Of a DNA stretch of 59,973 bases, positions 18,903-26,189 are shown one piece after another (within the stretch, counting starts at the first letter, position 1; each line of letters starts with the position of its first letter). The stretch covers positions 1-59,973 of IMG/VR virus record IMGVR_UViG_3300017743_000009. One strand, 5' to 3'. The notes beneath the pieces were generated by a model. The model was not told the origin of the DNA, ran no database searches, and was given only the letters and a program-made list of their open reading frames with translations. This stretch comes from a virus. Its lineage: Duplodnaviria > Caudoviricetes. A program made the position numbers and the translations under genes.

Positions 18903-19120
18903 TAACTTACCTCGCCACCATCAATACCACCTCTAGCAGATGCTACAGAAACAGGTGTAAAAGTATTTGAAGATGAATTATAGGCTAGTATTTCACCATT
19001 AGCAATAGTTTGATAATTAATATTTAACCCTGAAATATCATTTGTTGACGTTTGGTTTTTAATTATCTTAGTTACTATAGGTGTAGAAGTAGTCTGAATT
19101 GTTGCAACTGTATTAGCCAT
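18902..19120 (-). CDS. Small structural adaptor protein
   Basis: NGEILAYNSSSNTF fibre-knob motif; C-terminal IDGGE; translationally coupled on both sides. Confidence 0.6.
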   Translation of the reverse strand: MANTVATIQTTSTPIVTKIIKNQTSTNDISGLNINYQTIANGEILAYNSSSNTFTPVSVASARGGIDGGEVS

Positions 19121-19455
19121 TAGTATGAAATCTCCGGTGTTACGGTTACTTGGCCTTGCAATACTCTATTAATAGTTGAACCACCACCTAAAGAAACTTC
19201 AACATCATACATATAACGACCAGGCGGTATTGCACCTGTAACTGTGTTATTAGCTGATAGAGTTAAAATTCCATTTACTGGATCTGATGCAGATGCACTG
19301 ATTGAATATGATGTATTTGAAGACCAATGTTTACGTAACTTACAGTTTGCAGCATAGCCTGTTAAGTTAAATACTTCTCCATTAGCCTGTGTGACTGTTA
19401 CAGCCAGAGAAAAATCAGTACCTTTATCTATTATAATATTTGCGCGCGTAGCCAT
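19120..19455 (-). CDS. Virion structural protein with a BppU-like/Ig-like fibre attachment domain
   Basis: NIIIDKGTDF...FNLTGY...GRYMYDVEV...RVLQGQVTVTP pattern typical of marine T4-like structural proteins; RBS AGAGG. Confidence 0.65.
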   Translation of the reverse strand: MATRANIIIDKGTDFSLAVTVTQANGEVFNLTGYAANCKLRKHWSSNTSYSISASASDPVNGILTLSANNTVTGAIPPGRYMYDVEVSLGGGSTINRVLQGQVTVTPEISY

Positions 19456-19502
19456 TTACACCTCTATTTTAAGTATATTTAGGCTATTTTAAAACGAGGG
19501 TA

Positions 19503-20342
19503 CTACGCTTCTTCTATTTCTTCACAAAGGTCTTCCCATATACTTCTATCTGGGACAACTGTTGATAGTGTAAATCTTCTAGTTACGGCATGAGCACAAT
19601 GCCAGCTAGCTGTTTCTTGATCTGCAAGTATAGGGGTTGTATATGTTTGTTCACGTTTGCCAAACTTACCTGCAATCTTCTCATCATACTTATTTGGATC
19701 TGAAATTGTATCATAAAAAATACCAGCTCTAGCTACCCAACCTGGCTTATCTTTATATTCAATTATCTCTCCATCATCGTAAGTATAGAAAGAACCACTA
19801 CCTTCTTTATTATAATGTAATAAAATATTATTACCAGGAGCATTACCATTATGATGCCAAGGTATATGTCCCCCAGGCTCATAGAACGCGCATAATGCCA
19901 TAGCTGAACCACCTAACCATTTATGTGATATGTCATACACCATGTCTCTAAACCAATCGTAATCTTTAGTTCGCTCCCAAACTTTTTTACCTGTTACAAA
20001 TGGTTCCAAATTAGGGAAGCCTTTTGTTTCATGATGTAACGGGCCTTTTTCTTTCATAAGATCTTTTTGATAATTTAAATATTCAATTCCAATTGGACTC
20101 ATTTGGCCTGACTTTAATTCATCGTTCATGTTCCAGGGTAGAATATCCCAATGAGGAGCTGCTACATAAGCTTCTTCTTTATTATCTTTTTCTCTTTCCT
20201 TTGGACTTTTAGATTTATATTCTAGATCAATTAATGAGCTCATTAATTCTCGATCATCAAATAATTCATCAACCTTTAACGCTAGATTATCTAATTTTTT
20301 TATAAGTTCTGGATTTCGTATTGTTAGGTCTTGCATCTTCAT
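19503..20342 (-). CDS. 2OG-Fe(II) oxygenase / DSBH-fold enzyme with an HxN...H...R motif
   Basis: FYEPGGHIPWHHN (Y.PGG..WHxN) ... SWHCAH..RRFTLS (distal His and R-x-T/S 2OG-binding motif). Confidence 0.65.
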   Translation of the reverse strand: MKMQDLTIRNPELIKKLDNLALKVDELFDDRELMSSLIDLEYKSKSPKEREKDNKEEAYVAAPHWDILPWNMNDELKSGQMSPIGIEYLNYQKDLMKEKGPLHHETKGFPNLEPFVTGKKVWERTKDYDWFRDMVYDISHKWLGGSAMALCAFYEPGGHIPWHHNGNAPGNNILLHYNKEGSGSFYTYDDGEIIEYKDKPGWVARAGIFYDTISDPNKYDEKIAGKFGKREQTYTTPILADQETASWHCAHAVTRRFTLSTVVPDRSIWEDLCEEIEEA

Positions 20343-21187
20343 ACTGGATTACCTCCTGGACCTGTACCAGGCTGATATTCATCTTCTAAATATAATCCAG
20401 GTGTTTGATTTAATAATCCTCTATTAATAGGATGATGTTTAATAATAGGAGTTAATCCTCCATGAGATCTATTACCCATATAATGATTCCAATTCCATCT
20501 TAACATCTCATGCTTATTATTATTTTCTACTTCTTGTATTTTAAGATCTGGAATTAATTTTTGATGTATCCACCACCAGGTAAATTGATCCCATGCTCGA
20601 TTCTTAAAATAAATTTCAGGATGGTTTTTCCAAAAATCAGGATTAGCATTTATATTTAAATATTCTGTCCACCATAGGTTCATAGCTTTTTGAGCGTTAG
20701 GACGCTTATCATTATTCCACCATAAAAAGAACCCGCCATGATATCTTAAATGTTTATCTACAGCATTATCTCTTATATCTGCTTCACCTTCTTTAGTATA
20801 AATTGCTGTACTTGCTCCAGTATTAGGATCGATAACAGTAAAGGCGCAATCATGATTATCATCTAATAAATCAAAAACTCTTTCTATTTCCTCATCTACT
20901 ATTTCCATATCAGCATCTAAATAGCAAGTCTTTTCAAATGGTGTATGCTGAAGAGCCCATAATTTAGATCTTACACTTATTGGAAAATCTTCACTAACCA
21001 CTTTAACAACTGAATCTAATCTTTCAAAATCTTCTACCCATTCTGGATGGCATGCAACCATAACTTTAGGATCATTATAATAATCTTCTAAACTTTCTAT
21101 ACATTGAATAGCACTATTTTTATAGTGGTTATGCATAGAAGCAACTAATAAAAAACCTTCTTTATGTTTCTGTTCTGTCATAATCAC
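20339..21187 (-). CDS. Glycosyltransferase, GT-A fold (GT8-like)
   Basis: RSKLWALQHTPFEKTCYLDADM (DxD), HGGFFLW, WDQFTWW and terminal IIKHH. The start may be the second Met at 21181. Confidence 0.8.
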   Translation of the reverse strand: MIMTEQKHKEGFLLVASMHNHYKNSAIQCIESLEDYYNDPKVMVACHPEWVEDFERLDSVVKVVSEDFPISVRSKLWALQHTPFEKTCYLDADMEIVDEEIERVFDLLDDNHDCAFTVIDPNTGASTAIYTKEGEADIRDNAVDKHLRYHGGFFLWWNNDKRPNAQKAMNLWWTEYLNINANPDFWKNHPEIYFKNRAWDQFTWWWIHQKLIPDLKIQEVENNNKHEMLRWNWNHYMGNRSHGGLTPIIKHHPINRGLLNQTPGLYLEDEYQPGTGPGGNPV

Positions 21188-21578
21188 TCACTACTGCTGC
21201 ACCATAGACGTATAATTCTGCAAATGTTTTAGCTTTACGAATACGTCTTTTTAACTTTTTATTAGTTGTCTTTTTAATTTCATCGATTTCCATAACTGAT
21301 AATTTTTCAATAAATAGAGCTTCCTGCATTTGTCGTTCTTCATTCTCTTTATGGAATTGTTCTTCAGCTAATTTCTGTTCTCTAAATTGCTTTACGTCCT
21401 CTTCAGACCTTGCAGTAATTTCTTCAATAGAAAATTCTGCTAAAACAGCATCGTAGTTTTCTTTATCTTTGGGATCTATGATAAGCTCTCTACTACCTGT
21501 TTCAGTAATTTCAAGAGCCCTAATTCGTTTTTTTTCTTCTGGGATTTCCCAGAGAGCATTTTTAAATCGGTTTGCCAT
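21162..21578 (-). CDS. Highly charged hypothetical protein (possible fibre chaperone)
   Basis: E/K-rich and helical; RBS GAGG; directly downstream of the 1505-aa repeat protein and overlapping the GT start. Confidence 0.6.
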   Translation of the reverse strand: MANRFKNALWEIPEEKKRIRALEITETGSRELIIDPKDKENYDAVLAEFSIEEITARSEEDVKQFREQKLAEEQFHKENEERQMQEALFIEKLSVMEIDEIKKTTNKKLKRRIRKAKTFAELYVYGAAVVSDYDRTET

Positions 21579-21624
21579 TATATAACCTCACGTTTACATT
21601 ATTATTATTATATGTTCTTTTATC

Positions 21625-21632
21625 TATTTATG
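21625..21632 (-). promoter_or_regulatory. Putative late promoter CATAAATA for the 138-aa/GT/oxygenase cassette
   Basis: NATAAATA box overlapping the TAA of the 1505-aa gene. Confidence 0.55.
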
Positions 21633-24600
21633 CAACTCTTAGCCATAATTTTATAGTAGAGTTATTTGAGGCTGTACCTTGAATAGTATCACCTGCAAAT
21701 TGACCCGTAAACTGAGATGAATAAGTAGATGTAAATTGCGGACCTGTTATTAATCTCGCGAATTGGTCTCCATTATATGATGGCCCTGGAGTCGTTCTAG
21801 CATACCCTACACTATAATTATCTCCTACTACTAACCTTGCAAATTGTCCTCTTGTATATTGAGGGCCAGGTGTAGTTCTAGAATACTGAGAGGTGTATTG
21901 AGGTCCTACTACAAGTCTAGCAAACTGGCCTCTAGTGTATTGTGGTCCAGGTGTAGTTCTAGCATAATTAACAGTGTAGTTTGGTCCAGTCACCAGTCTT
22001 GCATATTGACCGTCTGAGTAATTAGGGCCAGGTGTTGTTCTAGAGTAGCCAACACTATAATTAGGACCCGGTGTTATTCTAGCATATGCTCCATCTGAAT
22101 AATTAGGTCCAGGTGTTGTTCTGGCATAGTTAACTGTATATTGTGGTCCTGGTCTAGCTCTTGTATACTGACCGTCACTGTATGCTGGCCCTGGCGTCGA
22201 CCTAGCATAGTTAACTGTATATTGAGGACCTACTACAAGTCTTGCATATTGTGCAGAATAAATTCTTGTAAACTGTCCTGTATACTGCGCAGTAAACTGT
22301 CTTGTAAAAGATCTACCATAATTTACTGAATATATTCTAGCATATTGTCCTGTATATTGAGCTGTATATTGTCTATTAAATGCCCTTCCATAATTGGCGG
22401 AATATATTCTTGTATATTGTCCTGTATATTGGGCAGTAAATTGTCTGTTAAAGGATCTAGAATATGAAGCTGAAAAAATCCTAGTAAATTGCCTACTATA
22501 TTGTCCGGAATATATTCTAGCAAATGATCTTCCGTATCCTGCTGAGAATATTCTAGTAAATTGTCTGGCATATTGGCCAGCATAACTTCTTGCAAATGCT
22601 CTTCCATAATTAGCGGAATATATTCTGGCATATTGACCTGTGTATTGAGCTGTATATTGTCTATTGAATGATCTACCATAACCAGCTGAAAAAATCCTTG
22701 TAAATTGTCTAGCGTATTGGCCGTTATAAACTCTACCGAACGCTCTTCCGTACCCTGCTGAGTATATTCTTGTAAATTGTCTAGCGTACTGGCCGTTATA
22801 AACTCTACCAAAAGCCCTTCCGTATCCTGCTGAGTATATTCTTGTAAATTGTCTTGCATATTGACCATAATAGACCCTACCAAAAGACCTACCATACCCG
22901 GCTGAAAAGATTCTAGTAAACTGTCTTGCATATTGACCATAGTATACTCTACCAAAAGCTCTTCCGTATCCAGCTGAAAAGATTCTAGTAAATTGTCTTG
23001 CGTATTGACCATAGTATACTCTACCATAGTTAACTGCATAGTTAGGTCCTGGTCTTGATCTACCATAGTTACCATAATAGATTCTACCATAGTTAACAGT
23101 ATAGCCTACAGCATAGTTAGGACCTGGTCTAGATCTTCCATAGTTACCATAATAGATTCTACCAAACGATCTATTGTATTGGACACCATATGCTGGGCCC
23201 GGTCTTGCTCTATTATATGAACCATAGTACACTCTTCCAAACGATCTATTGTATTGGACACCATATGCTGGTCCAGGTCTAGCTCTATTATATGAACCAT
23301 AGTATACTCTTCCATAGTTTACAGTATAACTTGAAGAATAGTTTGGTCCTGGGCGTGATCTAGTAAAATTTCCTGAGTAAATATTAGCACCACCGGCCTG
23401 TCTATAGTAAGATGGTAATCTAGTAAACCCTTTATACTGACCACCTATAGGAGGGAAGCCACCAGCAGATGCGTAAATATTAGCAGAACGCGTGTAGATA
23501 GTGCCTCTATAATATTGACTGCCGCCGTCTTGGTCCGGGGGTGGAAAGAATGTTGGAGGTCCAAAATAAGGTTCTACTGGAGCACCATAACCGGTTCCAT
23601 ATCCACCTTCAAGCCTATCAGAATTATAATTAAAGTCAAATGCTAATCGTGAAAAATTAGCTCCAGCATAACTACCATAGTAAACTCTTCCAAAAGATCT
23701 CGAATAACTTACACCGTAAGCTGGACCTGGTCTTGATCTACCATAGTTACCATAATATACTCTACCATAGTTAACAGTGTATCCTACGGCATAGTTAGGG
23801 CCTGGTCTAGATCTTCCATAGTTACCATAATAGATTCTACCATAGTTAACAGTATACCCTACAGCATAGTTAGGGCCTGGTCTTGCTCTATTATATGAAC
23901 CGTAGTATATTCTTCCAAACGATCTGCTATACTGTACACCGTAAGCAGGTCCTGGTCTAGCTCTATTATATGAGCCAGTGTATACTCTACCATAATTGAC
24001 TGCGTACGCAGGTCCTGGTCTTGATCTTGTATATTGTCCATCACTATAATTAGGACCTGGTGTTATTCTGGCATAGTTAACTGTGTAATTAGGACCCGGT
24101 CTTGATCTTGTATACGACCCGTCCGAATAATTAGGCCCCGGAGTTGTTCTAGCGTAGTTAACTGTGTAGTTGGGACCAGGTCTTGATCTTGTATATTGTC
24201 CATCACTATAATTAGGTCCCGGAGTTGTTCTAGCATAGTTAACAGTATAATTAGGTCCTGGTCTTGATCTTGTGTATTGCCCATCACTGTAATTAGGACC
24301 AGGTGTAGTTCTAGCGTAGTTTACAGTATAATTAGGACCCGGTCTTGATCTTGTGTATGACCCATCTGAGTAATTAGGTCCAGGTGTAGTTCTTGCATAG
24401 TTAACTGTGTAGTTAGGCCCTGTAATTAATCTTGCAAATTGACCTCTAGTATACTGAGGACCTGGTGTTATTCTGGCATAGTTAACTGTATAGTTAGGAC
24501 CAGGTCTAGCTCTTGTATATGACCCGTCTGAATAATTAGGACCTGGAGTTGATCTTGCATAGTTAACAGTGTAATTAGGTCCAGGTGTTATTCTAGCATA

Positions 24601-26145
24601 GTTACCATCTGAGTAAGCTGGTCCTGGAGTTGCTCTTGAATATCCTGCAGAGTAATTAGGACCGACTACTAATCTGGCAAATTGACCTCTTGTGTATTGA
24701 GGTCCTGGAGTTGTTCTTGCATAGTTAACTGTATAGTTAGGTCCTGTAATTAATCTAGCAAATTGTCCTCTTGTGTATTGAGGTCCTGGAGTTATTCTTG
24801 CATAGTTGGCAGTATATTGGCTACCTACTACTAGTCTTGCAAATTGACCTCTTGTGTATTGAGGTCCTGGAGTAGTTCTAGAATAGCCTGATGTATATTG
24901 TCTAGTAAATTGTCTACCATATCCTGCAGAGAAAATTCTTGTAAATTGTCTAGCGTATTGGCCAGCATAACTTCTTGCAAACTGTCTTCCATATCCTGCT
25001 GAGAATATTCTAGTAAACTGTCTAGAATAATCGCCAGTAAATATTCTTGCAAATGCTCTTGTATATTGTGCAGAGAATATTCTAGTAAACTGTCTTGCGT
25101 AGTCACCGGTAAATTGTCTATTAAAAGCTCTTCCATAAGCTGCAGAGTATATTCTAGTAAACTGGCCTGTGTATTGAGAAGTATATTGCCTTGTAAACTG
25201 TCTACCGTATTGAGCAGAATATATCCTGGTGAACTGTCCAGTATATTGAGATGTAAATTGTCTATTAAAAGACCTAGTATATTGAGCTGTAAATGACCTA
25301 GCAAACTGTCTTGTATATTGAGCTGAGAATTGTCTAGTAAACTGTCTACTAAAGTTTCCAGTAAACTGATTAGAGTATTGTTGAGAAGTATTATCAGCTA
25401 CCTGATCGATTAGACTATCACTAACTTGTAACCATGTACCAGTTCCTGGAGCACTTACTTGTAGTTTATAAGTACCAACACCAGTAGCTACAATTCTATT
25501 TCTTAATCTTTGAGTTAATGATTTAATTTCAGCAGTAGACATCTGCTTAATAAGAGATCCATCTAACTTAACAGTAGGTATATTAGTATAACTTATTCCA
25601 TCATCTGTTTTACGATATAAATTATATGTTTGATTTGTTCCTGCATTATGAGTAATTGTATCAGTAACGGTCGCTTTGGTAGCCCAAGTCCCTCCAGAAG
25701 GTGCTGCGGTACCAAAATAATACTGCCCCGTAGCATAATTGGAAGTATTAGCTATTTTATCTAAGGCATATTTAATAATTGAATTATTTAAATCTGTATC
25801 TGTTTGTTCTTTTACTGAAGAACTAGAATAGCCTAACGGTCTTACTAAACCTGATTCAGATATAGCAGTAACATTTTGATAGAAGGTAGTTGTTACAGTA
25901 TTAGTAGATCCGGTTGCAGGATGAGTACCAATAGATTCTGTTCTTCTTGTATCAACGAAAGATCCTATAGAAGTTCCTGTAGTAATATTAAGATCACCTG
26001 TTACTACATTACTAGAGGCAAAATCTTCAAGTACAATATTAGTGACATAATCCATTTCTGCATTAGTCATTTCCTGCAGACCTGAGAAGTTAGTTGAGTT
26101 TACACTCGAACCACTACTAACTTTTATTTTTAATGGATTACTCAA
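21628..26145 (-). CDS. Giant aromatic/Arg tetrapeptide-repeat protein (predicted beta-hairpin fibre), 1505 aa, TTG start
   Basis: About 255-aa globular N-region, then about 1230 aa of [FY]xxx and [FY]xRxxPGPx repeats around a unique centre; ends KLWLRVA; paralogous to 26185..28653. Confidence 0.85.
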   Translation of the reverse strand: MSNPLKIKVSSGSSVNSTNFSGLQEMTNAEMDYVTNIVLEDFASSNVVTGDLNITTGTSIGSFVDTRRTESIGTHPATGSTNTVTTTFYQNVTAISESGLVRPLGYSSSSVKEQTDTDLNNSIIKYALDKIANTSNYATGQYYFGTAAPSGGTWATKATVTDTITHNAGTNQTYNLYRKTDDGISYTNIPTVKLDGSLIKQMSTAEIKSLTQRLRNRIVATGVGTYKLQVSAPGTGTWLQVSDSLIDQVADNTSQQYSNQFTGNFSRQFTRQFSAQYTRQFARSFTAQYTRSFNRQFTSQYTGQFTRIYSAQYGRQFTRQYTSQYTGQFTRIYSAAYGRAFNRQFTGDYARQFTRIFSAQYTRAFARIFTGDYSRQFTRIFSAGYGRQFARSYAGQYARQFTRIFSAGYGRQFTRQYTSGYSRTTPGPQYTRGQFARLVVGSQYTANYARITPGPQYTRGQFARLITGPNYTVNYARTTPGPQYTRGQFARLVVGPNYSAGYSRATPGPAYSDGNYARITPGPNYTVNYARSTPGPNYSDGSYTRARPGPNYTVNYARITPGPQYTRGQFARLITGPNYTVNYARTTPGPNYSDGSYTRSRPGPNYTVNYARTTPGPNYSDGQYTRSRPGPNYTVNYARTTPGPNYSDGQYTRSRPGPNYTVNYARTTPGPNYSDGSYTRSRPGPNYTVNYARITPGPNYSDGQYTRSRPGPAYAVNYGRVYTGSYNRARPGPAYGVQYSRSFGRIYYGSYNRARPGPNYAVGYTVNYGRIYYGNYGRSRPGPNYAVGYTVNYGRVYYGNYGRSRPGPAYGVSYSRSFGRVYYGSYAGANFSRLAFDFNYNSDRLEGGYGTGYGAPVEPYFGPPTFFPPPDQDGGSQYYRGTIYTRSANIYASAGGFPPIGGQYKGFTRLPSYYRQAGGANIYSGNFTRSRPGPNYSSSYTVNYGRVYYGSYNRARPGPAYGVQYNRSFGRVYYGSYNRARPGPAYGVQYNRSFGRIYYGNYGRSRPGPNYAVGYTVNYGRIYYGNYGRSRPGPNYAVNYGRVYYGQYARQFTRIFSAGYGRAFGRVYYGQYARQFTRIFSAGYGRSFGRVYYGQYARQFTRIYSAGYGRAFGRVYNGQYARQFTRIYSAGYGRAFGRVYNGQYARQFTRIFSAGYGRSFNRQYTAQYTGQYARIYSANYGRAFARSYAGQYARQFTRIFSAGYGRSFARIYSGQYSRQFTRIFSASYSRSFNRQFTAQYTGQYTRIYSANYGRAFNRQYTAQYTGQYARIYSVNYGRSFTRQFTAQYTGQFTRIYSAQYARLVVGPQYTVNYARSTPGPAYSDGQYTRARPGPQYTVNYARTTPGPNYSDGAYARITPGPNYSVGYSRTTPGPNYSDGQYARLVTGPNYTVNYARTTPGPQYTRGQFARLVVGPQYTSQYSRTTPGPQYTRGQFARLVVGDNYSVGYARTTPGPSYNGDQFARLITGPQFTSTYSSQFTGQFAGDTIQGTASNNSTIKLWLRVA
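21688..25377 (-). repeat. Mirror-ordered coding repeat array (24-aa, 27-aa and 25-aa super-repeats)
   Basis: Blocks: A 25377-24886, B 24885-23995, C 23994-23671, centre, C' 23367-23029, A' 23028-22249, B' 22248-21688. Confidence 0.9.
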
Positions 26146-26173
26146 AGTTCACTTTTCCTTAATCTTGTAATGT

Positions 26174-26189
26174 TATTTATTTATTTATG
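26174..26189 (-). promoter_or_regulatory. Overlapping tandem late-promoter boxes (CATAAATAAATAAATA)
   Basis: Three overlapping NATAAATA matches starting at the stop of the 822-aa gene, upstream of the 1505-aa gene. Confidence 0.6.

Noticed and set aside
19476-19483. CCTAAATA as a late promoter for the 111-aa gene cluster
   Set aside because: Plausible position but two mismatches to TATAAATA in AT-rich DNA; not enough support to call.
21688-25377. Possible CRISPR array or DNA-level inverted repeat
   Set aside because: The repeats are in-frame, vary at synonymous positions and have no unique spacers; the symmetry is in protein unit order, not DNA reverse-complementarity.
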